Made by a program: the position numbers and the translations under genes
Notes under the pieces: generated by a model
Told to the model about the DNA's origin: nothing
Database searches by the model: none
What the model saw: only the letters and a program-made list of their open reading frames with translations
Shown: positions 1-11,627 of the stretch, piece by piece
Position numbering within the stretch: the stretch's first letter is position 1
Layout of the letters: every line of letters starts with the position of its first letter
Assembly: GCA_977020255.1 (NCBI GenBank)
Contig: CDROCS010003917.1
Location: 186,001 to 250,000 of the forward strand
Length of the DNA: 64,000 nucleotides
Source: Obrimoposthia wandeli
Lineage: Eukaryota
Reading direction: 5' to 3'

Positions 1-225
1 TCTTTGCTGTAATAACGATAGCTATAATAGCTAGAATAATTAAAGAGCCTGACCATGTGAAGAAGCCTGAAGTTGAAATTAAACACGAAACTAGCTAATT
101 CAACCTTTAGCCTTCGAACCCCAATTTTTTATAACGGTGCTAGATATTATATATCAGCACCGATTATTTAAGAACTTTTGCACTTACCAACACTGCACAA
201 GATTGTTGATATTATGCAGTGAGTA

Positions 226-1125
226 TTACGGTATTATTTCTTCAGCGGCTTTAGCTAAAATCCACTCTTTGAAGCAATTAACTTGCAAGTTGTCTTTTTT
301 ATTATCTGGTATTACTAAGTAATAACAGTCATCTGTATCTATTGCTTCTCCTAACTGAACAACTGATTCTTGCTCTAATTCACGATCGATAAAATAGGTG
401 GGTAATAGAGCAATACCCAAATTAGCATTCAGTGCAGATATAATCATTGAAAATTGATCAAAGCTAAGATGATTATTTTGGCTAATATCTAATGAATGTA
501 GATCGAACCAATCTTTCCAGCTGCCCAAACGACTCGTCATTTGTAATAAATTTTGCTGTTCTAAATCTTGTAGTTTATTAATGGGATTTTGCTGCAAATA
601 TTTGCGCGAAGCAACAGGTACCATTTGCTCTTTACTTAATAAATAGCATTGTGCTTGTGGCCAATTGGGTTTACCAAAGTGAATCGCTATGTCAGCGAGT
701 TTATCGCTAAACGTAAAGGGCTTAGTACGAGAGCTAAAGCTCAGCGCAATATTAGGGTTTTGCTGGATGAAACTATCGAGTTTAGGAATGATCCAGCGGC
801 TGGTAAAAGTAGGTAGTGCTGCTATATTGAGAGATGATTTGGCACCGACAGACATAGCCCTTAACATTGCATCTTCAGTAATATGTAATATTTTTTTAGC
901 GTCGTCTAAAAATCGAATACCAGTGTCAGTTAACACTACACGCTGTCTGACTCGCTTGAATAGTGAAACGCCTAACTGGTTTTCTAAATCTTTAATCTGC
1001 CTACTGATAGCGCTTTGTGTCAAATGAAGCTCTATTGCAGCTTGCGTAAAGCTGCAATGTTTTGCTGCGGCGACAAAGCTATGTAAATTGTGAATATTGG
1101 GAATATGCTTTTTGAGTAAGGTCAT
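226..1125 (-). CDS. LysR-family regulator (GcvA-like)
   Basis: 299 aa; N-terminal HTH 'SFTQAAIELHLTQSAISRQIKDLE' plus LysR substrate-binding domain. Confidence 0.95.
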   Translation of the reverse strand: MTLLKKHIPNIHNLHSFVAAAKHCSFTQAAIELHLTQSAISRQIKDLENQLGVSLFKRVRQRVVLTDTGIRFLDDAKKILHITEDAMLRAMSVGAKSSLNIAALPTFTSRWIIPKLDSFIQQNPNIALSFSSRTKPFTFSDKLADIAIHFGKPNWPQAQCYLLSKEQMVPVASRKYLQQNPINKLQDLEQQNLLQMTSRLGSWKDWFDLHSLDISQNNHLSFDQFSMIISALNANLGIALLPTYFIDRELEQESVVQLGEAIDTDDCYYLVIPDNKKDNLQVNCFKEWILAKAAEEIIP

Positions 1126-1262
1126 GCATCTATATTTTCAATTTATGTGTATATCGCATGTTATTGTAGTTTTTACTAATATGCTATGACGATAGCGTAT
1201 TAACTGGTTAAAGCTTTAACTGAAAAAATAGTAAAAACGTTTCACTAAATACCCTTAAGAGG

Positions 1263-1304
1263 CTATTTCAGAATGAAAACTCGAAAGTGTTCATTCTGAA
1301 ATAG
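1263..1304. terminator. 15-bp perfect inverted repeat (terminator or mRNA-stabilising hairpin) downstream of dctM
   Basis: ctatttcagaatgaa (1263-1277) / ttcattctgaaatag (1290-1304). Confidence 0.5.
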
Positions 1305-1346
1305 TTTATGGCAATCTTGTTATTTAAACATTAAGTCTTTAGCTCA

Positions 1347-2663
1347 CTATAGTCCGACTAAAATACTGGGTAAATAAGTAGCGGTTGCAGGCCAAACGGC
1401 CACAACTACAAGCACTAAGAGCTGCATTAACACAAAGGGTAATACTCCCCAATACATGTGTTTATAAGTTAAACTTTTTGGTGCTATCGAGCGAAGGTAG
1501 AAGATAGACGGGGCCATTGGAGGCGTTAGGTAAGAGGTTTGAATAACAACCATTACCATAATTGCAAACCAAATAGGATCAATGCCAGCAGCTTTAATAA
1601 AAGGTGTAAAAATAGGAATGCATATCAAAACGATAGAAATCCAATCTAATACGAAGCCAGCAACGAAGACGATGGCTAAAAAGAAAATGATCAAGCCGGT
1701 TTTTTCAAATCCAAAATAGCCAACTAAATCACGCACTAACTGGCCACCTCCTGATACTGCAAATAAGCTGGTAAACATAGTACCGCCAACAATAATTAGC
1801 ATTATCATTGCCGTTACTCGAATCGTGACTTGTAGAGCTGCTATTAGATTTTTATAGCTTAGCTCGTTGAACAAAGCTGCTAAAATTAGTGCACCTATAG
1901 CACCCACTGCCGCGGCTTCTGTCGGTGAGGCGGCCCCGGCTAATAAAGAGCCTAATACAGCAAAGATTAGCACTAATGGGGGGACCATTGCTTTGAAGGT
2001 AATTAATAGTTTTTCAGCCAATGGCATATCAATTTCAGTTCTTATCACTCTGGGAGCGTCACTAGGTTTGAGTAAAGCTCTGCCGACAATATAGAGTAAG
2101 AAAAACACTACCATTAATAAGCCTGGAATCATCGTCGCGGCAAACAGCTGTCCAATAGATAGCTGAGCGATAGAGGCATAAATTACGACGACAATGGAAG
2201 GAGGGATGATAGTGCCGAGTGAGCCACCTGCACAAATAGTTCCCGCAATTAAGCCGCCGTTGTATTTATATTTTTGCATTGCAGGTATTGCCATTAAGCC
2301 GACTACAATTTCAACAGCACCCACTACACCTGAGGCAGCAGCAAATGTGGCACACATTAAAATAGTGGCGATAGCTAGCCCACCAGGCCATCCACCGACC
2401 CAAATTTGCAGGCCTTGAAATAATCTTAGCGCAATGCCAGTTCGTTCCAATACCGCGCCCATAAATACAAATAGTGGGATAGCAGCGAGAATAAAGTTTG
2501 AACTGGTAGATAAAACAGCACCATAAAGTTGTAAAGCGGCTAGATCTCCAAACACCATTAAAGCGGCTCCAACAGCAACGATGATAAGTGAAAAAGCTAC
2601 TGGCAATCCAGCAAATATCAGTAGGAATAGTGCTGGAAACATTAATATTGGGATTAAATCCAT
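1347..2663 (-). CDS. dctM: TRAP transporter large permease
   Basis: 438 aa, highly hydrophobic; 'AIPLFVFMG', 'GGSLGTIIPPS', 'YLTPP' motifs. Confidence 0.95.
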   Translation of the reverse strand: MDLIPILMFPALFLLIFAGLPVAFSLIIVAVGAALMVFGDLAALQLYGAVLSTSSNFILAAIPLFVFMGAVLERTGIALRLFQGLQIWVGGWPGGLAIATILMCATFAAASGVVGAVEIVVGLMAIPAMQKYKYNGGLIAGTICAGGSLGTIIPPSIVVVIYASIAQLSIGQLFAATMIPGLLMVVFFLLYIVGRALLKPSDAPRVIRTEIDMPLAEKLLITFKAMVPPLVLIFAVLGSLLAGAASPTEAAAVGAIGALILAALFNELSYKNLIAALQVTIRVTAMIMLIIVGGTMFTSLFAVSGGGQLVRDLVGYFGFEKTGLIIFFLAIVFVAGFVLDWISIVLICIPIFTPFIKAAGIDPIWFAIMVMVVIQTSYLTPPMAPSIFYLRSIAPKSLTYKHMYWGVLPFVLMQLLVLVVVAVWPATATYLPSILVGL

Positions 2664-3199
2664 TATAGAGACTCCTCATCAGTAATCATTTCACCATTGT
2701 GATCACCGGGAATTTTTTGTTGTTTCAGGTAGCGAATACCATCGGCTATAAACTGTAGTGCAATTACCCATAAACCTATTGCAATAGCTAGGTAAAAGGG
2801 CCAAACCAAAGGAGCCCATGGACTAACACTTTCCACTTCTGAAGTGGTAAAAGCTAATAACGTTTTTGTACTGGCGACATAAGCTAAAGATGAAAAAATG
2901 GGCAGTAAAATGCAAAGATAAAAAAAGGCATTTATGTGCTGCTGAATTCTTAATGGTAGTGCACTTGATAAAAAATCAATCCGCACGTGGGCATCAGCTT
3001 TTAATGTAAAACCTGCACCTAATAAAAATATGGTGCCGTTTAGCATATAAGAAATATCAAAAGCCCAAAGGGTAGGGCTATCAAACAAATATCTAGCGGC
3101 CACCTCCCAAATCATCGCGCCGATTAAAGCTAATAACATTGCTTTGGCTATCCAGGCGAATAAATCAGAGATGCGGTCAATAATGGTTAGAAAATACAC
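2663..3199 (-). CDS. dctQ: TRAP transporter small permease
   Basis: 178 aa, about 4 TM segments, 'HVRIDF' motif, overlaps dctM start. Confidence 0.92.
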   Translation of the reverse strand: MYFLTIIDRISDLFAWIAKAMLLALIGAMIWEVAARYLFDSPTLWAFDISYMLNGTIFLLGAGFTLKADAHVRIDFLSSALPLRIQQHINAFFYLCILLPIFSSLAYVASTKTLLAFTTSEVESVSPWAPLVWPFYLAIAIGLWVIALQFIADGIRYLKQQKIPGDHNGEMITDEESL

Positions 3200-3520
3200 T
3201 TAACACTCCTTTAAGAAGCATTGTAGAGCTAAGGTTATACAAATGTCGGTGCAGGTGTATCTGCATAACTTTGCTACCAGTGAGCTGCTTATAATAAGCA
3301 GTAAGCATTACAATAACTTTTGTTGTATTTTTAAGTTGTCGACACTATAAGTAATACTCAAATATAGGAAAAATATTCAACCGTCTAACATTGCAAAAAA
3401 CTCATATTAAATTGCAATTGAGCAATATAATATGAGCGTTGTTTTAGCTACTAACGGTTTGAACATTTAACCTTTATTTTATTGAGCTGGTTAATCTGCT
3501 ACTTTCTAAAACCTGCAGTG

Positions 3521-4597
3521 TTATTTACCGTCACGAATTAAGTAGCCAGAGTTATCTGCCCAATTCTTTTGATAAGCTAAGTAAGAATTGAGAATTTTCT
3601 GCATTAGCGGATCACCAGCGGCCGTTTTTTCAGCAGCTTTTGCTTTCGCCCAATCACGACCTGAAGTACGAAGCTCTTCCACAACCTTAGTATCTAGTTG
3701 AATAATCTCAGCTTTACTTTTCTTATATACAGCCATCGCTTTAATATCGGCATCGCCAAACTTAGCAAAACTTTCATAGGTGGTTAGTTTAGCAGCGGCT
3801 TCTATTTGCTTTTTCAATTGGTCAGGTAGTGCTGTCCATGTTTCTTCTTTAACAACAACTTCCCAAACAAATGAAGGCTGATGTACACCTGGCATAATAA
3901 TATAAGGCGCTACTTCGTGAAAACCTTCGCTTAAGTTAGCACCAGGGGTTGACCATTCAATAGCATCAACACCTTTACGTTGTAGTAAGGTATAGATTTC
4001 GCCACCGGGAACAACGGTTGGAACTCCGCCGTATACATCTTTAACAACAGATGCCCAAGCCCCTGAAGTACGGTATTTTAATCCTTTGAAATCAGCTGTT
4101 GTGCGAATTTCTTTGTTGGAATGCGCCAATATTTCTGAAGTACCTACGCCAACAACAATTGAATGGAGGCCCATTTTTTCACGGCGAAAATCTTGTAGCA
4201 TTTTTTCGCCACCACCGTTATATAACCAGTGCAAAGTTGCAATACCTGACATTCCGCCGGGGAAACTTGCAAAAATAGCATTAGTCGGATCTTGATTTAC
4301 TAAGTATGAAGGAGTTGAGTGGCCCGCTTCTACAACGCCATCCTGCACCGCTTCATAAACCTTAAAAGCGGGGACGACAACGCCTGCACCGAAAGGTTTG
4401 ATTTCCATTTTTCCGCCTGTTGTTACAGTGACATTATCGGCAAAACGTTGCATGAAGTTGTTATAGAAAAAAGACCCTTCAGATATAGCAGCAGGCATTT
4501 TCCAAGTGATATCTGCAGCACTAACTGTTTGTGACATTAATGCAGTAAAAAGGCTGGTGGTAATGATTGCAGCACTAGCAATTGCTGGTATTTTCAT
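3521..4597 (-). CDS. dctP: TRAP substrate-binding protein
   Basis: 358 aa with signal peptide; 'FKGLKYRTSG', 'LQRKGVDAIEW'; upstream of dctQM. Confidence 0.9.
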   Translation of the reverse strand: MKIPAIASAAIITTSLFTALMSQTVSAADITWKMPAAISEGSFFYNNFMQRFADNVTVTTGGKMEIKPFGAGVVVPAFKVYEAVQDGVVEAGHSTPSYLVNQDPTNAIFASFPGGMSGIATLHWLYNGGGEKMLQDFRREKMGLHSIVVGVGTSEILAHSNKEIRTTADFKGLKYRTSGAWASVVKDVYGGVPTVVPGGEIYTLLQRKGVDAIEWSTPGANLSEGFHEVAPYIIMPGVHQPSFVWEVVVKEETWTALPDQLKKQIEAAAKLTTYESFAKFGDADIKAMAVYKKSKAEIIQLDTKVVEELRTSGRDWAKAKAAEKTAAGDPLMQKILNSYLAYQKNWADNSGYLIRDGK

Positions 4598-4725
4598 TTT
4601 TATCTTCCTTATGTTTGGATAGTTTTTATTTTTAAAATTAAGCAGTAATAATTTTTTGAGGCGTTTTTTTCACCAATGGCTTAGTGTTAATGAACATATA
4701 TCTAAGTCGACATTAAGAATACTAT

Positions 4726-4737
4726 ATTGTATGCAAT
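4726..4737. promoter_or_regulatory. Possible FadR/GntR-type operator upstream of dctP
   Basis: attgtatgcaat, near-palindrome resembling TTGTATACAA-type sites. Confidence 0.25.
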
Positions 4738-5152
4738 TTGTATATAGTTCGATGGTGATGTAAGTGTTTCAAGATTTATATGGTGCTAATATAAATTTAT
4801 TGTTTTAAAAACATAGTTTTAGTGAATGTTTTTAAAGTTTTAATTATGCTATATAAATACAATACCATATTGTAAAAACTAGATAGTTGTTAAATATATA
4901 CTTAGAAAAATGAAAAAATTTTTTAAGTTAAGTAGAGAGGAACAGGTGTCGCAGATGGTAAGTTGAATAATAAATTAAACAAGTAGCTGTTTTTGAGTAA
5001 TACTGAAAGTAGTATCTATGAGCACTGCAGTGATTGCGGGTAAAAGAGTATAATAAATAACCTTTTGTAAAAACCACCCCAGGATCACCTTATTACAGCG
5101 ATGCATTAAATGTTACTGGGATGTGTGATTAGCAAAGTGACTGAACCATTAG

Positions 5153-5998
5153 TTATTCGCTATCAACAACTTTTTGAACTTGAGTACCCAAGCCATCAAT
5201 ATGCAACTTCATGCTGTCTCCTGCTTTTAAATATATCTGCGGCTTTTGCCCCATACCTACACCAGGAGGGGTACCGGTAGAAATAATATCGCCCGCTTGC
5301 AAGCTCATAAACTGTGAAAGGTAGGCAACAACGTGAGCTACACCGTATACCATGGTATTAGTATTACCATCTTGGAAACGTTTACCGTTAACGTCTAGCT
5401 GCATACCCAGCGCTTGAGGGTCAGCAACTTCATCACGTGTCACTAGCCAAGGGCCAATAGGACCAAAGGTGTCGCATGACTTTCCTTTTACCCATTGCCC
5501 AGCGCGCTGAAGTTGAAAGTCACGCTCAGATAAATCGTTAATGACACAGTAGCCTGCCACGTAGTCGAGAGCATCTTCTTCCTTGATGTACTTCGCATCT
5601 TTACCGATGACAACACCTAGCTCAACTTCCCAATCAGTGGCAGTAGAAGTACGCGGTATTTCCACTGTATCATTAGGGCCTATAATGGCTGAAGTTGCTT
5701 TAAAGAAAACCACTGGCTCAGGTGGAACTTCCATGCCAGCTTCAGCTGCATGATCTGAATAGTTAAGGCCAATACAAATAAACTTTCCGACATTAGCCAC
5801 GCAAGGCCCAATACGTACATTGCTTTCCACAATAGGCAGTTTACTAATATCAAGTGCGCGCAGCGCTGCAATAGCTTGATCGCTTAAGTTCTTACCAGAA
5901 AAATCACTTATATGTGCCGACAGATCCCGAATATTTCCTTGCTCATCCATTAAACCAGGGAGCTCATTGCCTTTGTTACCGAAACGTAATAATTTCAT
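5153..5998 (-). CDS. Fumarylacetoacetate hydrolase family (probable 2,4-diketo-3-deoxy-aldonate hydrolase)
   Basis: 281 aa; 'ICIGLNYSDHAAE', 'DWEVELGVVIG', 'GKSCDTFGPIGP', 'STGTPPGVG'. Confidence 0.9.
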   Translation of the reverse strand: MKLLRFGNKGNELPGLMDEQGNIRDLSAHISDFSGKNLSDQAIAALRALDISKLPIVESNVRIGPCVANVGKFICIGLNYSDHAAEAGMEVPPEPVVFFKATSAIIGPNDTVEIPRTSTATDWEVELGVVIGKDAKYIKEEDALDYVAGYCVINDLSERDFQLQRAGQWVKGKSCDTFGPIGPWLVTRDEVADPQALGMQLDVNGKRFQDGNTNTMVYGVAHVVAYLSQFMSLQAGDIISTGTPPGVGMGQKPQIYLKAGDSMKLHIDGLGTQVQKVVDSE

Positions 5999-6035
5999 TT
6001 ATGTACCTAAATAGTTTGTGGTAATTTTGGTTTTT

Positions 6036-6791
<756 letters not shown>

Positions 6792-6813
6792 TTATTTGAT
6801 GATTGAATAAAAT

Positions 6814-6855
6814 TTGTAGCTTGTAGCTTGTAGCTTGTAGCTTGTAGCTTGTAGC
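6814..6855. repeat. Perfect heptamer tandem repeat (TTGTAGC)x6
   Basis: Six exact units abutting the lactonase stop codon. Confidence 0.95.
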
Positions 6856-7680
6856 TCAAAGCCTATAAAACTGTTGCGCATTGCTGGTAAAAACTCGTTC
6901 GCGCTGTGTATCGCTTAATGCTTTTAATAATGTTTCGCTGGTGGCTACCCATTGTGAATAATCACAGGCCAAATTAAGTACCGGCCAGTCACTTCCCCAA
7001 ATCAAGCGTTGATGGGTAAAGCAATCGAGTAAGTGTGTGACGTATGGCAGTAAATCGGTTGTTTTCCAATCAATAGCCGCTTCAGTGACTAAGCCCGATA
7101 ACTTACAGTAGCAATGGGTGTGTGCTGCAAGCTCTTGAATATCAGCAGCCCATTGATCAAATTCTCCTTTAGCTATAGTAGGTTTTGCACAGTGATCGAT
7201 CACTATTTCTAGCTTAGGATAGCGCTGGCTAAATCGTTGTAAGTTTTTTAAATGACAAGGTAATACTAAAGCATCAAAACATAAGTTGTGTTCTATCATT
7301 GCTTTAATAGCAGGTTGTAGATCATCGCTCAACATCCAATCTACATCTTCAATATCTTGAATCATCGGACGCAAACCGCGAAGTTTTGAGTGCTTTGCTA
7401 AATTAGCGATCTGTTGCGGCGCATCTTCTGCCATTAAATCTACCCAGCCAACAACTGCTAGTACACTAGTGTTTTCGTCAGCCAGTTGTAGCAAGTATTG
7501 TGTTTCAGCGACAGTCGGTGCGGCTTGTACTAATACAGAACCTTGTACATTATTTTGCTGCATTAAAGGTGTTAAATCTTGAGGTACAAAATCACGATAA
7601 ATCGCGTTTAGCTCTGGCGTTAACCAAGCGTAATCTCCTCGTGATAGCTGCCAAAAGTGCTGGTGGGCATCAATACGCAT
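6856..7680 (-). CDS. Amidohydrolase 2 family (probable L-fuconolactonase)
   Basis: 274 aa; 'IDAHQHFW', 'DHCAKP', 'CKLSGL', 'WGSDWPV'. Confidence 0.9.
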   Translation of the reverse strand: MRIDAHQHFWQLSRGDYAWLTPELNAIYRDFVPQDLTPLMQQNNVQGSVLVQAAPTVAETQYLLQLADENTSVLAVVGWVDLMAEDAPQQIANLAKHSKLRGLRPMIQDIEDVDWMLSDDLQPAIKAMIEHNLCFDALVLPCHLKNLQRFSQRYPKLEIVIDHCAKPTIAKGEFDQWAADIQELAAHTHCYCKLSGLVTEAAIDWKTTDLLPYVTHLLDCFTHQRLIWGSDWPVLNLACDYSQWVATSETLLKALSDTQRERVFTSNAQQFYRL

Positions 7681-7761
7681 ATTAGCTTTTCTCTTGTTAT
7701 GGATGTTATTTACAACTTAACTACCTGATTTTTAAATGCAAGGCACTTAAATGCCAAGCAC

Positions 7762-8199
7762 CTAAACTTCAGGCGCTATCACCCCTTTGGTCAAAATAAT
7801 ATTGCCATACAAACGTGCTTCACCGGTGCTAATAACTAGGTAAGCAGTTTTTACTCTTTCGTAAAATGCAAAGCGTTCAATACTGCCAAAATTAACCTGT
7901 GATGCCTCGTGCTGATTTAGCAAAGTGGCGAATTCCTCACAGATAGCTGGAACTGCATTAGCATCACCCACCACCTGCATATGATGAGCAGGTTGCTCGA
8001 CAAAACTATCTAACGGTAATACCGATAACACGGCATTGAGCACCGCGGTGGCAGATAACCCGGGCAAGGTGACATGGCGCTTTGCCATACTCGTAGCAGG
8101 AAAGTTTGCATCAACAATAACTACTTCATCCCCGTGGCCCATAGCACACAGATGATAGAGTAAATCGGCACTTAATAATGGGTCTATATTTTTAAGCAT
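7762..8199 (-). CDS. fucU: RbsD/FucU family mutarotase
   Basis: 145 aa; 'MLKNIDPLLS..L..L.AMGHGDE.VIVDANFP', 'TGEARLYGNIILTKGV'. Confidence 0.9.
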   Translation of the reverse strand: MLKNIDPLLSADLLYHLCAMGHGDEVVIVDANFPATSMAKRHVTLPGLSATAVLNAVLSVLPLDSFVEQPAHHMQVVGDANAVPAICEEFATLLNQHEASQVNFGSIERFAFYERVKTAYLVISTGEARLYGNIILTKGVIAPEV

Positions 8200-8275
8200 T
8201 GATTTGTCCTTTTACGAATAAGTTATTATCAGCTCGACTACGGTTTAAAAAATGACTTAACTACCAACTTAGCTA

Positions 8276-9307
8276 TTAAGGTACTGGTGCATCAAGATGC
8301 AATAAGCTTTGATCTTTTAGCGTTTGCCAAAGTGCTGGATTAACTTTAGCTGCAAAGGTAGCGACATTGCGCAGTACTTCTTCTGGCATTTGCCCACCGG
8401 GAATGACCGAAACAACACTTGGATGGCCCAGTGGGAAATGTAAAGCTGCTTGCGCTAAAGTGACATCATGGGCATTACAAATAGCTTCAATGGCTGCTAC
8501 GCGCTGTTTAATTTCAGCATTAGCAGGCGCGTAGTTGTACATCGCATTTTCAATGGCACCTGTGGCTAAAATACCGCTGTTATAAGGAGCACCTAAGATG
8601 ATACCACTGCCTTGTTGTTCACACTTTGGTAAGAAACTAGCCAGTGCTTCTTGCTCTAATAAGGTATAACGACCCGCGAGTAAGAATAGATCAAAATCAC
8701 CTAATCCTAATAGCTTTTCACATACTTGCCATTCATTAACACCAACCCCAATAGCATCAATATCACCATTATCACGCAGCTCGCATAGTGCTTGATAACC
8801 GCCGTTCATTACTTCATCGACTCTCTTATCAGAAGCTGCTTGTGAGCCATGGGTGAACGTGTCAACATCGTGGATATAGAGAATATCAATGCGATCGAGT
8901 TTGAGCCTTTTTAAGCTCTGTTCGTAAGAGCGCATTACGCCATCGTATGAATAATCATAGCGAATGCTATTACAAGGTACGTTTTGAAATGCAGCTGCAT
9001 TTTGCTCACCTTCTGCACAGGGAATTAATAAACGACCCACCTTGCTGGAGACAATATATTCATTGCGCGGCAGCTGTTGAAAAAACTCCCCCATGCGCAT
9101 TTCACTTAAGCCGTGACCATACTGAGGTGCTGTATCAAAATAGCGAATGTCACTATCCCAAGCTGCTTGTAATGTTTGCTGCGCTTCTTGCTCGGTGCGC
9201 GCACGATACAAATTACCTAACGGTGCGCCGCCAAAACCTAGTTGACTAATGGCTAATGCACGCCCTTTAAGTGTGGTAAAAATAACTTTGTTCATAAACA
9301 TTCTCAT
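8276..9307 (-). CDS. Aldo/keto reductase (probable D-threo-aldose 1-dehydrogenase / L-fucose dehydrogenase)
   Basis: 343 aa; 'GFGGAPLGNLY', 'YFDTAPQYGHGLSE', 'DYSYDGVMRS', 'LLAGRYTLLEQ'. Confidence 0.88.
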   Translation of the reverse strand: MRMFMNKVIFTTLKGRALAISQLGFGGAPLGNLYRARTEQEAQQTLQAAWDSDIRYFDTAPQYGHGLSEMRMGEFFQQLPRNEYIVSSKVGRLLIPCAEGEQNAAAFQNVPCNSIRYDYSYDGVMRSYEQSLKRLKLDRIDILYIHDVDTFTHGSQAASDKRVDEVMNGGYQALCELRDNGDIDAIGVGVNEWQVCEKLLGLGDFDLFLLAGRYTLLEQEALASFLPKCEQQGSGIILGAPYNSGILATGAIENAMYNYAPANAEIKQRVAAIEAICNAHDVTLAQAALHFPLGHPSVVSVIPGGQMPEEVLRNVATFAAKVNPALWQTLKDQSLLHLDAPVP

Positions 9308-9349
9308 TCAAAAGCGGCTTAATAAACGCCATTACACATTTAAGCTGAT

Positions 9350-10522
9350 TTACGCAGCAGTGCTCTCATTACTAACAGGGCTGTCTTCGCTACTAATATG
9401 GCTATCTACATTATTATCAATATTGCCACGCAACCTAGCGCCTTGCTCATTATCAAAAAAGAAAACCCGATCATTGGTGACCTCAATCTCCACCACGGTA
9501 TCAATTTGCTCTTCGTAATCGGGCGGCATACGCACCACTATCTGCGCCTGCTTTACTTTATCTTCAATAGAGCAAGTGACAATCGTTTCATCGCCCGTTA
9601 GCTCTAAAGAATATATTTTTGCTTTGATGCGGCCTTTATTCAGGCTTTTATTTAGTCCAAGGCCATGCTGATTATCAGTGGTAATAATCTGCATATCTTC
9701 AGGGCGAACCCCTAATACAGCATTTGCATGATCCGACATTGCCGCGCATTTTAGCTCAGCGGCAGGGCTACTAAAGCGACCTGCTATGATATTGCCACGA
9801 ATCATGTTCATCTGTGGCGACCCTACAAAGCCTGCGACAAATAAGTTAGCTGGATCATTGTAAATATTACGCGGCGTATCTAATTGTTGAATAACGCCAT
9901 TATTGATCACGGCCACTTTATCAGCCAAGGTCATCGCTTCTATTTGATCGTGGGTTACATAAACAGTAGTGACGCCGAGCTTCTTTTGTAGATGCTTGAG
10001 CTCAGCGCGCATATGCCCGCGCAGTTTTGCGTCCAAGTTTGATAAAGGTTCATCCATCAAGAACAGGCGAGGGCGGCGTACCATGGCACGTGCAAGTGCT
10101 ACACGTTGGCGTTGTCCACCTGAAAGTTGGCGTGGATATCTATCTAAGTAAGGGTCTAAGTGTACTTTTTCAGCCGCTTCTTGAATCGCTTGTTGCTTGA
10201 TGTTTTTTTCAATTTTACGCAGCAGTAACGGATAGCCAATATTCTCGGCGACTGTCATATGTGGATACAATGCATAGCTTTGAAATACCATGGCTATATC
10301 ACGATATTTTGGCAATACATGGGTCACATCTTCATCGGTGATGAATACTTTACCTTCAGTAACCGTTTCTAACCCTGCCATCATTCTTAATAGTGTTGTT
10401 TTCCCACAACCTGAAGGCCCCAGTAATACTAAAAATTGGCCATCTTCAACTTCTAAATCAACACCTTTTACAACTTCTATATTGCCGTAACTTTTACGGA
10501 TACCTTGTAATTTAACACTCAT
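9350..10522 (-). CDS. Sugar ABC transporter ATP-binding protein (MalK-like)
   Basis: Walker A GPSGCGKT, signature LSGGQRQR, 'FLMDEPLSNLD', C-terminal TOBE. Confidence 0.95.
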   Translation of the reverse strand: MSVKLQGIRKSYGNIEVVKGVDLEVEDGQFLVLLGPSGCGKTTLLRMMAGLETVTEGKVFITDEDVTHVLPKYRDIAMVFQSYALYPHMTVAENIGYPLLLRKIEKNIKQQAIQEAAEKVHLDPYLDRYPRQLSGGQRQRVALARAMVRRPRLFLMDEPLSNLDAKLRGHMRAELKHLQKKLGVTTVYVTHDQIEAMTLADKVAVINNGVIQQLDTPRNIYNDPANLFVAGFVGSPQMNMIRGNIIAGRFSSPAAELKCAAMSDHANAVLGVRPEDMQIITTDNQHGLGLNKSLNKGRIKAKIYSLELTGDETIVTCSIEDKVKQAQIVVRMPPDYEEQIDTVVEIEVTNDRVFFFDNEQGARLRGNIDNNVDSHISSEDSPVSNESTAA

Positions 10523-10528
10523 TTTTTA

Positions 10529-11626
10529 TTATCCTTTGACTGCGCCGCTTAACTGGCCTTTAGAAATTAAACGACCCATAAAACCTGCTGCGATTAATAC
10601 TGGAACGATCATCACCACGATTAACACTGACATATACCACCACTGTGGGCCACGTGTGGCATTTTGTGCCGCGACCATTAATGGCATGGTTTGCGCATCA
10701 GCGGTCGACAAAAATAGCGCCAGCAAATATTCATTCCAAGAAAGGATTAAAATTAACATTGTTGTAGCAGCTATACCGGGCTTTGCTAATGGCATATAAA
10801 TGGTGAGGAACACCCGCATGCGCGAAGCACCATCTAGCATTGCGCTCTCTTCTAAATCAATGGGAATACGTGCAAAAAAGTCACGCATTAACCACACGGC
10901 AATCGGTAAATTAACTGCCATATAAGTAATGATTAAGGCGAAGTGTGTATCGAGTAAACCGCTTTGTTGAAACATAATATAGATAGGTAAAACAGAGACG
11001 ACAGGTGGCATGATACGCTGGGAAATGATCCAGAATAAAATGTCATTATTGTTTAAAGAGCGCTTAAAGTGCTTGTTAAAAGACAGCACAAACAAGACAA
11101 ATAATGCAACGCCGATGCTCAACGATATCTGCCATGATATTTTTACCGACACAGTCAAATACACCACTAATGCGAGTATCGCGATAAAGCCAAATATGCT
11201 GCCAACTTTAGGTTGGTACTCAATGCGCGTTAATGCATAAGCAGACATAGAACCGATAAACACCGCTAATGCGGTGCTAATAAAAGCGATAATAATCGAG
11301 TTAAAATAAGGTCTTAAAGTATCTGATCCTAAATCAACAAAGATGTACTCCCAGGCGTGTAAAGAGGGGGTAAAGTCAATAAAGGGTAGATAGAAAGGCC
11401 CATCGGATACATGAATAGGTAATTTAAATGAAGTGATAAATAACCAATATAATGGGAAGAGCACGATGAAAGTCCAAAACAATAACACTGCATAAGTTAA
11501 AATTTTTTTTGCAGGTGCGATTGATTGCACATCTTTGGGTTCCCACATTCTTTGCCATAAGCTACTTTTTGATGAGCTCTTTTTCGATAAGCTTTGCAGG
11601 CTAGGCGTTTTGCTATTATCTGTCAT
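10529..11626 (-). CDS. Sugar ABC transporter permease (MalG-like, extra TM insertion)
   Basis: EAA loop 'EESAMLDGAS'; likely start ATG 11626 (MTDNSK). Confidence 0.92.
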   Translation of the reverse strand: MTDNSKTPSLQSLSKKSSSKSSLWQRMWEPKDVQSIAPAKKILTYAVLLFWTFIVLFPLYWLFITSFKLPIHVSDGPFYLPFIDFTPSLHAWEYIFVDLGSDTLRPYFNSIIIAFISTALAVFIGSMSAYALTRIEYQPKVGSIFGFIAILALVVYLTVSVKISWQISLSIGVALFVLFVLSFNKHFKRSLNNNDILFWIISQRIMPPVVSVLPIYIMFQQSGLLDTHFALIITYMAVNLPIAVWLMRDFFARIPIDLEESAMLDGASRMRVFLTIYMPLAKPGIAATTMLILILSWNEYLLALFLSTADAQTMPLMVAAQNATRGPQWWYMSVLIVVMIVPVLIAAGFMGRLISKGQLSGAVKG

Positions 11627-11627
11627 G

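Noticed and set aside
1-86. Possible hydrophobic N-terminus on the minus strand running off the window
   Set aside because: Only 28 codons with a GTG start; cannot be supported.
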